Assembly (NCBI GenBank): GCA_009838915.1
Contig: VXQT01000012.1
Coordinates: 4,671 to 68,670 of the forward strand
Length of the DNA: 64,000 nt
Direction of reading: 5' to 3'
From: Chloroflexota bacterium
GTDB lineage: Bacteria > Chloroflexota > Dehalococcoidia > Bin125
Of this stretch, positions 53,401 to 62,917 are shown piece by piece. Position 1 is the first letter of the stretch, and each line of letters opens with the position of its first letter. The translations under genes and the position numbers were made by a program. The notes under the pieces were generated by a model that did not search any database, was not told the DNA's origin, and was given only the letters and a program-made list of their open reading frames with translations.

Positions 53401-53569
53401 ATGAGCCTCCCCAGCCCTGTGAGCTGACCTCCGAGGGTTGAACGCAGCGCGTGCGCGTCCTGCCATGCAAGATAGCGCCTGGCGCGCGAATCGCGCCTCG
53501 GATCGGTGGCAAAGCGAGCGGTCAGCTTGCTTCGGTGTATCGCAAGTCGCGTACCTGACGACTCGCCGA

Positions 53570-54856
53570 CTACGCCAAGTCGTCGCGGAAGTCGGGATGA
53601 GCGATCCGTCGCAGTGCCTCGGCGCGTTGACCGAGTGTGCGGCCGGCCAGTTCGGCCATGCCGAACTCGGTAATGATCCGGTCGGCCAGCGTACGTGGCG
53701 TAGTCACGACAGACTCGGAGTCGAGTCGACGAACGATCCGCGACACCCTGCCGCGCGCAGCGGTGGACGGCATCGCCACCACCGAGACGCCGCCGTTCAG
53801 CATCGCACCGGCAGCGAAGTCGGGCTGGCCGCCCGGTCCCGAGATCTGCCGTGCGCCCAACGACTCGGCGTTTATCGTCCCGTCCAGCGCCACTTGCACG
53901 GCCGAGTTGATTCCGACGAAGTTGGTCTGCCGAGCCAACACGTCTAGCGAGTGGGTGTACCCGGCGGGCGCCATGCAAACAGCGGGATTGCGGTCCAGCC
54001 AGCGGAAGAACTCGGCGCTGCCGGCGGCCTCGGTCGTGATGATCAACTCGGGCGCGGTCGCCTTGCGCGCGCCATTGAGCGCACCCGACTCGACCAGCCC
54101 CATCACGCCGTCCGAGATCAGCCCGGAGTGAATGCCCAAATCACGCCGATCGTCCAGCAACCCCATGATCGCTTCGGGTACTCCGCCGATTCCGAATTGC
54201 AGCGTCGCGCCGTCCGTGACCAGCTCCGCAACTGCTCCCGCGATCTCGCGCTCCAGCGCGCCCGGCTCGGACCGCCGCAGCTCCAGCACCGGACTCTCCA
54301 GCGAGACAAGCCAGTCAATCTCCTCGCGCCGCAGCTCCGCCGCGCCGAAGCTGTAGGGCAGATTCGGATTGACCTGCGCAATCACCAGCGGCGCCGTCCG
54401 CACGACATCGACGATCCCGCCGACCGAGGTGCCCAGCGAATACAGACCCTCCGGGCCCGGCTCCGAGACCTGGATCAGGATCGTGTCTGCCGGCAGCGGT
54501 CCTTCCTGGCGAAACAGGCCGGGGACCTGCGCATAAGTCGCCGGAATGTGCTCCAGCGCGCCCGCCGCCTCGACCTCGCGCAACGATCCGCTGGTCTGGT
54601 AGGTCGAGAAGCGGAACGGCTGATGCGGATGATCGAGCGGGGCCACGTGCTCGAACAGACTGCCCGTGGCGATCTCAATCTCCGTCCAACCGTCGCGCAT
54701 CTCGTCGAGCGCATCCAGCAATCCGACCGGCGTCGCCGACATCGGCGGCACGACGACGCGAGCGCCGTCGGGAATCTGTCTCAGCGCCCGTTCGGCCGAG
54801 CCGTCACGTGTCTGCCGCGGCGCGGCTCGCGGCGGGAGGTAGTCGTCGAAGTCCAT
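53570..54856 (-). CDS. acetyl-CoA hydrolase/transferase family (4-hydroxybutyrate CoA-transferase-like)
   Basis: Two-domain AcetylCoA_hydro architecture; …GIGGVPEA… and …SGPGGQPDF… motifs. The start MDFDDY at 54856 lies after the upstream repeat. Confidence 0.8.
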   Translation of the reverse strand: MDFDDYLPPRAAPRQTRDGSAERALRQIPDGARVVVPPMSATPVGLLDALDEMRDGWTEIEIATGSLFEHVAPLDHPHQPFRFSTYQTSGSLREVEAAGALEHIPATYAQVPGLFRQEGPLPADTILIQVSEPGPEGLYSLGTSVGGIVDVVRTAPLVIAQVNPNLPYSFGAAELRREEIDWLVSLESPVLELRRSEPGALEREIAGAVAELVTDGATLQFGIGGVPEAIMGLLDDRRDLGIHSGLISDGVMGLVESGALNGARKATAPELIITTEAAGSAEFFRWLDRNPAVCMAPAGYTHSLDVLARQTNFVGINSAVQVALDGTINAESLGARQISGPGGQPDFAAGAMLNGGVSVVAMPSTAARGRVSRIVRRLDSESVVTTPRTLADRIITEFGMAELAGRTLGQRAEALRRIAHPDFRDDLA

Positions 54857-54865
54857 GGCGAGCCG

Positions 54866-54930
54866 TATCGGGCTGCCCCCCTTCTGCCTTCGGCATCTCC
54901 CTCCGCTCGCGCGGGGGGACAGGGAGACCA
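54866..54930. repeat. REP-like repeat, family A variant, reverse orientation
   Basis: gccccccttctgccttcggcatctccctccgctcgcgcggggggacaggg. Confidence 0.8.
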
Positions 54931-54982
54931 AACGCGCCGCCCGATCATCGGACGGCGCGTTTGATTTCCTCCGGATTCGGAG

Positions 54983-56098
54983 CTATGGCTGCGAGATGTC
55001 GAGCACGCCTCGGGCGACCTCGCCGGCCTGCATGGCGGCGAAGGCCTCGTTGATCTGGCCCAGCTCGAAGCGCTTCGAGACGAGGCCGGACAGGTCGAGC
55101 TTGCCCTGGCGGTAGAGGTCGAGCAGCTTGGGCATGTGCTCGCGGAAGCGCGTCGAGCCGTACATGCAGCCGATCGCCTTTTTCTCCTGCAGGAACTCGG
55201 GACCGGGCAAGGCGACCTCGGAGCCGAGCGGCATCATACCGACGATGCAGGCGGTGCCGCCGACGCGGACCATGTCCCAGGCCTGCCGCGCCGCGTGCAC
55301 GTTGCCGATCGCCTCAAAGGCAATCTCGACGCCCATGCCCTGCGTCAGCTCCTGGACTGCTTCGACCGCGTCAACTTCCGAGGCGTTGATCCGGTCGGTC
55401 GCCCCGAACTGCTCGGCGAAGTCGAGCTTGTTATCGAGGATGTCAACCGCGATGATCCGGCTCGCGCCGGCGATCTTGCAGCCCTGGATCACGTTCAGTC
55501 CGACGCCGCCGCAGCCGATCACGGCCACTACGGAGCCGCCCGGCACCTTGGCCGTGTAAAGCGCCGCGCCGACGCCGGTCATCACGCCGCAGCCGACCAG
55601 CGCCGCCTCGGCCGGCGGGATGTCCTCGGGAATCTTCAACACGCCCGACTGGGTGGTCAGCATGTACTCGCCGAACGAGCCGACCGATGCCATCTGCACG
55701 ACCGGGCGGCCGTCCCAGTTCAGACGGTCGCGCGCGAGCGCCGCGCCAGCCGGGTCGGGGCAGAGATTGGGCTCCCCGCGCAGACACCAGTAGCAGTCGC
55801 CGCAGTATGGGCGGAACGACATAATCACGTTGTCGCCCGGCTGGACGTAGGTGACATCGTCGCCGACAGTCTCGACCACACCTGCCGCCTCGTGACCCAG
55901 CACCGCCGGCAAACCGCCGAAGGCCGCCGCCCACTTGCCGTCGACGAAGTGCAGGTCGCTGTGGCAAACGCCGGAGGTAGTCGTGCGAACCAGGACCTCG
56001 CCCGGTTGCGGATCGCGCACGTTGATGTCGTGCACCTCAAGCACTGAACGGTCGCCGTCCTTCTCCTGATTGGCAGGATCGAATATCGCAGCCTTCAT
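54983..56098 (-). CDS. zinc-dependent alcohol dehydrogenase (MDR family)
   Basis: GHEAAG, structural-zinc CGDCYWC and GCGGVG Rossmann motifs; 371 aa from MKAAIF. Confidence 0.85.
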   Translation of the reverse strand: MKAAIFDPANQEKDGDRSVLEVHDINVRDPQPGEVLVRTTTSGVCHSDLHFVDGKWAAAFGGLPAVLGHEAAGVVETVGDDVTYVQPGDNVIMSFRPYCGDCYWCLRGEPNLCPDPAGAALARDRLNWDGRPVVQMASVGSFGEYMLTTQSGVLKIPEDIPPAEAALVGCGVMTGVGAALYTAKVPGGSVVAVIGCGGVGLNVIQGCKIAGASRIIAVDILDNKLDFAEQFGATDRINASEVDAVEAVQELTQGMGVEIAFEAIGNVHAARQAWDMVRVGGTACIVGMMPLGSEVALPGPEFLQEKKAIGCMYGSTRFREHMPKLLDLYRQGKLDLSGLVSKRFELGQINEAFAAMQAGEVARGVLDISQP

Positions 56099-56221
56099 GT
56101 TGGGTCCTTCCCAGGGATCGCAATGCACGCGCCACGCTATCCCGCGCGGCTCGCACACATGGTAGGCGAGCGCCTGAGAGCGAACAACAGCGCACAGCCG
56201 GCGTCGGGGATGCGCAGCTTC

Positions 56222-56566
56222 CTAGCCCGGCGGTAACAACCCGAACAGCCGACGTTTCTTCGACGGTGGCTTGCGACGTTCCTGCACCTGTTGCGCCGCC
56301 AGTTGGATCAGCTCAAACATTTCGCGCGGCGACCAGCGATCCTGTTCCAGCCAGTCGGCCAGCTTGGCGTCGGCCGCCGCAACGTTGCCCTCGATCCGGC
56401 GCTCGTGGAAGCGTTCCAGCCGACGCACGATCCGGCACGCGGTCAGCGAGACTTTGACCACCGCCGCCAGGCACAGGAACGCCACCAGCGCCGCGCCGAT
56501 CCCGGCCAGGATCAACACCGCATCGCGAAGTTCCGCCAGGTCGTCGAAGACCGCAAGCTCGACCAT
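56222..56566 (-). CDS. hypothetical small membrane protein
   Basis: 114 aa with a single transmembrane segment (ILAGIGAALVAFLCLAAVV); moderate support from codon usage. Confidence 0.4.
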   Translation of the reverse strand: MVELAVFDDLAELRDAVLILAGIGAALVAFLCLAAVVKVSLTACRIVRRLERFHERRIEGNVAAADAKLADWLEQDRWSPREMFELIQLAAQQVQERRKPPSKKRRLFGLLPPG

Positions 56567-56722
56567 CAGCTACCCTGCGTCTCGGAGGTCGGACATGCCT
56601 AAACGCGGACCCGCCGAGAGCCTCATCCTGTTCCAACTGCTGCTCGGAGCCGGGTTTCTCGGCATGGTCGTCTGGACCATCCTCGCCTGGGCCGGCGCGT
56701 TCTAAGCGCCGCTTCGACACCT

Positions 56723-57889
56723 CTACGCGAAGTATCGACCCTGGATGTTGCGCGCAATGACCATGCGCTGGATCTGGTTTGCGCCCTCGAAGATCTGGAA
56801 GATCTTGGCGTCCCGCATCCACTTCTCCAGCGGCAACTCGCGCATGAAGCCGACGCCGCCGCAGACCTGCACCGCGTCGGTCGTGATCTTCATCGCCATG
56901 TCTGACGCGAACGTCTTCGCCTTGCTCGCCTCCTCCAGGTCAAACGGCTGATTCGACGCGGCCATCTCGCCCGCTCGCCAGGTCAGCAGGCGGGCGGCGT
57001 CGATCGCGATGTCCATGTCGGCCAGCATGAAGCCGACGCCCTGGTGCTCGATCAAGGGACGGCTCATCGTCTTGCGCTCGCGCGCGTAATCGGCTGCGTA
57101 CTCGAACGCGGCTCGGGCGAGACCGACGGCGAACGCGCCGATCCAGGGCCGCGTCGCCGCGAGCGTGCCCAGCGCGCCGCGACCGCCGGAGCGGTAGTCG
57201 GGGTCCGGGTCGCCCAGTCGGTTTTCCAGCGGGATGCGCACATCGTCGAAGGCCAGGTCGGCCGTATGCGAGGCGCGGATGCCCATCTTGTCCCACTTCT
57301 TGATCTGACTGAAGCCCTCGGCGTCCTTGGGCACCACGAACGCCGACACGTCGCGCCAGCCCTCGGAGTCGGACTCGCGCGCGAAGACGACGGTGAGGTC
57401 GGCGATGCCGCCGCCGGTGATGAAGCGCTTGGTGCCGTTGAGCACGTACTCGTCGCCGTCGCGAGTCGCCCGGGTCTTGATCATCCCCGCGTCAGATCCG
57501 GCGTCCGGCTCGGTCAGCGCGAGCGCGCCCAGGCGCAGCTTGCCGTCCTCCGACGTGCACTCGGGAATCCAGCGCTCGTTCTGCTCGGGCGTGCCAATCA
57601 CCGAGATCGCCGTCGCCGCCAGTCCCGAGACCTGCGTGCCCAGCGCGATCCCGGCGCAGCCCCAGCTCAACTCCTCGGCCGTGATCATCGCGGTGATCCC
57701 CGGCACCGCGGAGTGCCCGCCAAGTGGCACGCCGGTCAATCCGATCTCGGCCGCCTTCGATGCCACATCCCAGGCGTACTCATCGCGCTCGTCGTACTCC
57801 ATCGCGACGGGACGCACTTCTCTGGCGGCAAAGTCATGCGCCGTCTGCTGCACCATGCGGTCGGCTTCGGAAAGCTGGAAGGAAGTCAT
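56723..57889 (-). CDS. acyl-CoA dehydrogenase
   Basis: …TEPDAGSD… and the C-terminal …EGANQIQRMVIAR… motif typical of ACADs. Confidence 0.9.
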   Translation of the reverse strand: MTSFQLSEADRMVQQTAHDFAAREVRPVAMEYDERDEYAWDVASKAAEIGLTGVPLGGHSAVPGITAMITAEELSWGCAGIALGTQVSGLAATAISVIGTPEQNERWIPECTSEDGKLRLGALALTEPDAGSDAGMIKTRATRDGDEYVLNGTKRFITGGGIADLTVVFARESDSEGWRDVSAFVVPKDAEGFSQIKKWDKMGIRASHTADLAFDDVRIPLENRLGDPDPDYRSGGRGALGTLAATRPWIGAFAVGLARAAFEYAADYARERKTMSRPLIEHQGVGFMLADMDIAIDAARLLTWRAGEMAASNQPFDLEEASKAKTFASDMAMKITTDAVQVCGGVGFMRELPLEKWMRDAKIFQIFEGANQIQRMVIARNIQGRYFA

Positions 57890-58161
57890 CGTCGGGTTCG
57901 CCTTGCCTGAATCTGTCGGACCGGATGAGTTGATCTTACGGCTGGTTGCGGTGCGCGCTGTTGCAGGGGTGGCAGCCGATTGAGCAACCGCGCCGTGGCG
58001 TGCGCGATCTCGTCCACCGCCTGCTCGAACGCCTCTTCGTTCTTGGCCGAGGGACGCGGCATCCCGCTCACCTTGCGCACATACTGACGCGCCGCCTCCC
58101 GCACCTCCACCGCCCCGGCCGGACCCTCAGGCAGCCGAAGCCGCTTGATCGATCTGCACAT
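57886..58161 (-). CDS. DUF2277-family small protein
   Basis: The MCRSIKRL… start and ~90 aa size fit DUF2277; 4-nt overlap with the acyl-CoA dehydrogenase start. Confidence 0.55.
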   Translation of the reverse strand: MCRSIKRLRLPEGPAGAVEVREAARQYVRKVSGMPRPSAKNEEAFEQAVDEIAHATARLLNRLPPLQQRAPQPAVRSTHPVRQIQARRTRR

Positions 58162-58165
58162 GGCG

Positions 58166-58210
58166 TCCCCCCTTCAGTCCCTACGGGACAGCTTCCCCCC
58201 AAGGGGGAAG
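58166..58210. repeat. hairpin pair related to the repeat family (gtccctacgggac; cttccccccaagggggaag)
   Basis: The gtccctacgggac module recurs at 49935. Confidence 0.6.
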
Positions 58211-58243
58211 CGAGATTGCGCAGTGGTTCTCACACCGGTGGAC

Positions 58244-59095
58244 TTAGAACCCGGTGAACTTCGGTTCCCGGCGCTCGACGAATGACTGCACGCCCTCGAT
58301 TCGGTCGAATGAGTTCTGCACCAGCGGCAGCACGCCGCCGGATAGTTCGAGCGCCGACTCGTAATCGAGGTTGGCGGTGCGGTAGGCCATCAGCTTGCCC
58401 ACCTTCTGACCGATCGGCGGGCCGTTCTCGACCTCCTGGGCGAACTCGCGCAAGCGCTCCTGGAAGTCCTCGGGCTCGACCAGATAGTTGCTGACGCCCG
58501 CCTCGTGACCCTCCTCGGCGCTCATGAAGCGTCCGGTGAACATCAGCTCCATCGCCTTGCGCCAACCGATGATCTTGGGAATCGCCCAGAACCCGCCCAG
58601 ATCCGCGTACAACCCACGCTTTACGTACGCGACCTGGTAGCGGGCGTTTTTCGAGGCGACCAGCAGATCGGCGAGACATGCCATGTCGAATCCGGCGCCG
58701 ACGCAGGCGCCGTTGACGCCGGCTATCACGGGGATGTCCAGCCGCCGCAGTTCGGCGAACGTCTTGGTCTCGTAGCGGAAGTTGAGCCGCTGGCCCTCGT
58801 TGTCGGGATGACCCTCCGGCGCCGGCGAGCCGACGAGCGGGTCGGGATTGTCGTCCCAGAAGTCGATTCCCCGCGCTCCGCCGCCGTGATCCATCCCGGC
58901 GCAGAATCCGCGCCCCTTGCCCGTGATCACCAGCACCCGCGCCGTGCGGTCCATGCGGATCCTGGTCAGCGCGTCGAGCATCTCCGCGAGCATCGGAAAC
59001 GTCAGCGCGTTCAGCTTCTCGGGACGGTTGAACTCCATCCAGATCGTGCCGTCCATTTCTCCGGTGCGCTCCACGGTGATGAACTCGTATGCCAT
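58244..59095 (-). CDS. enoyl-CoA hydratase/isomerase family
   Basis: GKGRGFCAGMD and GVNGACVGAGF motifs. Confidence 0.9.
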   Translation of the reverse strand: MAYEFITVERTGEMDGTIWMEFNRPEKLNALTFPMLAEMLDALTRIRMDRTARVLVITGKGRGFCAGMDHGGGARGIDFWDDNPDPLVGSPAPEGHPDNEGQRLNFRYETKTFAELRRLDIPVIAGVNGACVGAGFDMACLADLLVASKNARYQVAYVKRGLYADLGGFWAIPKIIGWRKAMELMFTGRFMSAEEGHEAGVSNYLVEPEDFQERLREFAQEVENGPPIGQKVGKLMAYRTANLDYESALELSGGVLPLVQNSFDRIEGVQSFVERREPKFTGF

Positions 59096-59129
59096 CTCGC
59101 TGCTCCTGAACTTGGTCTACTGAACCGGA

Positions 59130-60122
59130 CTACTGGAAGTGCGGCATCACGTCGTTGGTGAAGCGCAGGAAGGAGTCATGCGAGAAGGGCGAGGCGATCA
59201 GGTAATCGAGGTCGATCGTCTCACGCAACTCCTCAATCTGGTCGATCACTTTCGACGCGCTGCCATGAATCACGACCTGGTTGGCGTAGCGGTCAATGCG
59301 GTCGTCCACGGACAACTGCCGCGTCGGGTTCGAGTTGCCGCTGACCTTGTCGTTGGCGTAGGAACCGATCGTCCATTGTGCGCCGTTGACTGCGATCTGT
59401 TCGGCTTCCTCGTCGGTCTCGGCCACTGCGATCAGGCGCGCCATCGGTATCACGCGGTCTTCGGTCTGGTGACCGTACTTGTCCAGCCCCTTGAAGTAGT
59501 TGCGCCGCTTGTCGCCCAGCTCCTCGTGTGTGGCGTGCGGGTCCATCAGGATCGAGTAGCCCTGCCGGGCCGCCCAGTCGATCGCGTCGGGGCCGCCGGC
59601 GGCGACCCAGAACGGCGGCGTCGGTTGCTGGTGGGGCTTGGGCAGCACCTCGATCTCGTCGAAGTCGAAGTAGTCGCCGTGCCAGGTGATCCGCTCTTGC
59701 CGCCAGGCCTCCAGTACCACCTGCACCGACTCGCGGAAGCGCGGGTACGACTCCTCGAATTCGACTCCGAAGACGCGAAACTCCGTGCGGTCAAAGCCGC
59801 GTCCCGCGCCCCAGTTGACGCGTCCCCCAGAGAGGATGTCGAGCAGCGCCACTTCCTCGGCGATCCGCAACGGATGGTAGAACGAGGCCAGCGTGACCGC
59901 CGTGCCAATGCGGATGTGCTTGGTCCGTCCCGCGACATGCATGCCCATCAGGTGGACGGAGGGGCAGACCGAGTACGTGGAGAAGTGGTGCTCGGCCAGC
60001 CAGACGCAGTCGTAGCCCGACTCGTCCATGATGTCGATCCGGTTCAGCGCCCGCTCGTACACCGTCGGCAGCGGCACCCGCCGCCCCGGCCAGCTAAAGA
60101 ACTGGAGCACGCCAAACTGCAT
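59130..60122 (-). CDS. LLM-class flavin/F420-dependent oxidoreductase
   Basis: MQFGVLQFF…CVWLAEHHFS… matches the luciferase-like monooxygenase N-terminus. Confidence 0.85.
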   Translation of the reverse strand: MQFGVLQFFSWPGRRVPLPTVYERALNRIDIMDESGYDCVWLAEHHFSTYSVCPSVHLMGMHVAGRTKHIRIGTAVTLASFYHPLRIAEEVALLDILSGGRVNWGAGRGFDRTEFRVFGVEFEESYPRFRESVQVVLEAWRQERITWHGDYFDFDEIEVLPKPHQQPTPPFWVAAGGPDAIDWAARQGYSILMDPHATHEELGDKRRNYFKGLDKYGHQTEDRVIPMARLIAVAETDEEAEQIAVNGAQWTIGSYANDKVSGNSNPTRQLSVDDRIDRYANQVVIHGSASKVIDQIEELRETIDLDYLIASPFSHDSFLRFTNDVMPHFQ

Positions 60123-60173
60123 CAGATCACGCCCGGCCGCCATGCGCACAGACTAGCGGTAGGCCCGATAGCT

Positions 60174-61187
60174 TCAGGAGTCCCGCTTGCGCCGCACGGT
60201 CACGCCTGAGAGCGTCTCCAACACCACCCGATTGCCCAGCAGCGCCGTAACGTCCGACTGGTCGTAGGCCGGCGCGACTTCGACCACGTCCATGCCCAGC
60301 AGGTTCGATTCCATCCCGATCCGCCGCACCGCGTCGAGCAACTGCCGCGAAGTCAGGCCGCCCGACTCCGGCGTGCCAGTACCGGGCGCCATGCCCGGAT
60401 CGACCACGTCCACGTCGACCGAGAGGAACACGCCGTCGCAGTCCTCGGCCGCTCGCTCCAACGCCTCCGTCAGACACGCGTCGAGCCCGCGCTCGACGAC
60501 CTCGGTCATCTCATACCAGCGCATCCGCTGGTCGGCCATCCATTCCAGGATCGGCGGGTCGGGCCAGTAACCGCGCAGACCGATCTGCAGGAACCGGTCC
60601 CCGCGGACCGCGCCGCTCATGATCAGCCGCCGCATCGGCGTCCCGTGACCCCAGAGGCCGCCCTCCGAGTCGCCCGTGTCGGCATGGGCGTCAAAGTGGA
60701 TCAACGCCACCCGACCAAAGCCGTGGTGCTTGGCGACTCCTTGCGCGGTCGCGTAGGTGATCGTGTGATCGCCGCCCAGCACGACCGGGATCGCGCCCGC
60801 CTCGGCCACTTGCCGGCAGGTCTCCATCAGCCGCTCCAGGCCACCCTCGCTGTCGAGCTGCGGCATGTTGACGTCGCCGACATCGACCACTCCCAGTTCA
60901 CCCAGTGGATCCACCCGCAGCGCCAGGTGCGGCCGATAGCCGCTGTGCGGCAGGTAGTCGGTGCCGCGAATGGCCTGCGGACCGAATCGCGCGCCGGGCC
61001 GATAGCTCGTTCCCGCGTCGAACGGCGCGCCCACGATCACCGCTTGCGCGCCGGCCAGCGAGTCGGGATCGCGCAGGCTCGCGCTCGGCACGCCCAGATA
61101 GGTATGTCCCGGGCCGTAGCGGTTCGGCGGCCGGGTCCTGCCGTGCGCCTCCGCGTAGGAGTTGGGAAGTTCGCGTTCGTCGGACAT
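60174..61187 (-). CDS. speB: agmatinase/arginase-family ureohydrolase
   Basis: GGDHTIT, DAHAD and SVDVDVVDP manganese-ligand motifs. Confidence 0.88.
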   Translation of the reverse strand: MSDERELPNSYAEAHGRTRPPNRYGPGHTYLGVPSASLRDPDSLAGAQAVIVGAPFDAGTSYRPGARFGPQAIRGTDYLPHSGYRPHLALRVDPLGELGVVDVGDVNMPQLDSEGGLERLMETCRQVAEAGAIPVVLGGDHTITYATAQGVAKHHGFGRVALIHFDAHADTGDSEGGLWGHGTPMRRLIMSGAVRGDRFLQIGLRGYWPDPPILEWMADQRMRWYEMTEVVERGLDACLTEALERAAEDCDGVFLSVDVDVVDPGMAPGTGTPESGGLTSRQLLDAVRRIGMESNLLGMDVVEVAPAYDQSDVTALLGNRVVLETLSGVTVRRKRDS

Positions 61188-61282
61188 CGGCTCTGCCCTC
61201 CGCTCTAACCCGGGGCGGTACCTAGAATGGTATCCAGCGTGTCCCAGAAGGCGACCTCAACGGCGGAAGGGCAGGGCCGGCG

Positions 61283-62854
61283 GTGGTGATGGAGACGGCG
61301 TCGCAGGAACAGCTCGAAGCACTGCGAGCGGCACTCGCCGACCTACCACGACGGCGGTCACAGGCGTTGCCCGCGCTGCACGAGGTTGACCACGTCTACG
61401 GCTACCTCGACACCGCCGCACTGGAGGAGGTCGCCCGCTGGATCCACATGCCCCGCGCCGAGCTGTTCGCCGTCGCGACCAGCTACACCGAGTTCCGCTG
61501 GACGCCACTCGCGTCCGACGCCGTCCGGGTCTGCCGCGGGCTCTCCTGCCGCATCGCCGCCGGCGACGCCGCGCCCGACGGCGAGGACCACGAGTGCATG
61601 TTTCTCTGCGCCGCTGCCGATCGCGAACCCATCACCGCGCGCGGAGACGGCCGTCTCGAAGGCTCGCTCGACGATTCGGTCTTCGACGCTGCGCGCATGC
61701 TGGTCCCCGGCGGGCAGTCGCGAGTCACTGTCCGCCGCAGCACCGATCCGCCGGATTGGCGCGGCTGGCAGACGGCGACACGGCTCAGTCCCTCCGACGC
61801 ACTCGGTCTCGTCGAGCGCGCCGGGCTGCTCGGACGCGGGGGCGCCTACTTCCCCGTCCATCTCAAGTGGGGAGGCGCGGTCGACGCGTCCGCGCGCAAC
61901 GGGCAGCCGTACCTCGTCGCCAACGGCGAGGAGGGCGAACCCGGCACCTTCAAGGACCGCTGGCTGATGGAATCGGACCCCCAGCGCATCCTCGAAGGCA
62001 TTCGCATCGCCTGCTACGTCCTCGGCGCAGCCCACGCCTACTGGTACATCAACGGCATGGCAGACCGCTCCGCCGCCGCGGCTCAATCCGCAATAGCGGA
62101 CGCGCAGACTGCCGGTCTGCTCGATGGCCTGACCGTCGAGATCCGCCGCGGCGCGGGAGGCTACGTCTGCGGCGAGGAATCGGTCATCCTCGAATCAATC
62201 GAGGGCCGCCGCGCCGTGCCCCGGCTCAAGCCGCCCTACCCGACCGAGCGCGGGCTCTGGGGACGCCCCACCGCGATCAACAGCGTCGAAACGCTGGCCA
62301 ATCTGCCCGACATCTTCGAGTACGGACCTGACTGGTTCCGCGAGGTCGGCGGCGAGTCCACTCCAGGCACCAAGTTGATCCAGCTCAGCGGCGCGTTCCG
62401 CAACCGCGGCGTGATCGAAATGCCGCTCGGGACACCGGTGTCCGAGATCATCGAGCTCGCCGAACCGTCCGAGGCACTCGCCGGCGTCACTATGGGCGGA
62501 CCCTCGGGCGGTTTCCTCGCGCCAGAGCACTTCGACACCCCGATCGCGCCGGGCGCAATGGACGGCCACGGCGCGCTGCTCGGCGCGGGAGGGATCATCG
62601 GCATCCCGCAGTCCTTCGGCATTGAGCGCGCCCTCCAGGTCTGGGCCGAATACAACGCCAACGAGTCCTGCGGCAAGTGCACGCCCTGCCGCGAAGGCTC
62701 GGGTCGCATGGCCGAGGCGCTGGCCAACGGCAACTGGACCGATGTCGACGCCCTAATCCCTCTGATCACCGCCGGTTCCCTCTGCGGTCTCGGCCAGATG
62801 GCCGCCAACCCTATCACCTCCGCCCGCCACCAGTTCGGCGGCTCAGTCGTCTGA
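61283..62854 (+). CDS. NuoE-like [2Fe-2S] thioredoxin-like domain fused to NuoF-like NADH-binding/FMN/[4Fe-4S] flavoprotein (FdsB/HoxF-type diaphorase)
   Basis: The N-terminus has CRGLSC…C…C. The NuoF part carries …GRGGAYFP… NADH/FMN motifs and the ESCGKCTPCREG 4Fe-4S motif. Confidence 0.85.
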   Translation: MVMETASQEQLEALRAALADLPRRRSQALPALHEVDHVYGYLDTAALEEVARWIHMPRAELFAVATSYTEFRWTPLASDAVRVCRGLSCRIAAGDAAPDGEDHECMFLCAAADREPITARGDGRLEGSLDDSVFDAARMLVPGGQSRVTVRRSTDPPDWRGWQTATRLSPSDALGLVERAGLLGRGGAYFPVHLKWGGAVDASARNGQPYLVANGEEGEPGTFKDRWLMESDPQRILEGIRIACYVLGAAHAYWYINGMADRSAAAAQSAIADAQTAGLLDGLTVEIRRGAGGYVCGEESVILESIEGRRAVPRLKPPYPTERGLWGRPTAINSVETLANLPDIFEYGPDWFREVGGESTPGTKLIQLSGAFRNRGVIEMPLGTPVSEIIELAEPSEALAGVTMGGPSGGFLAPEHFDTPIAPGAMDGHGALLGAGGIIGIPQSFGIERALQVWAEYNANESCGKCTPCREGSGRMAEALANGNWTDVDALIPLITAGSLCGLGQMAANPITSARHQFGGSVV

Positions 62855-62857
62855 CTC

Positions 62858-62907
62858 CCCTCTCCCCCCGCCGCCAGGCGGGGGGAGATGCCAAAGGCAG
62901 AGGGGGG
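62858..62907 (+). repeat. REP-like repeat, family A, forward orientation
   Basis: ctctccccccgccgccaggcggggggagatgccaaaggcagagggggg. Confidence 0.85.
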
Positions 62908-62917
62908 CTCCGTGAAG

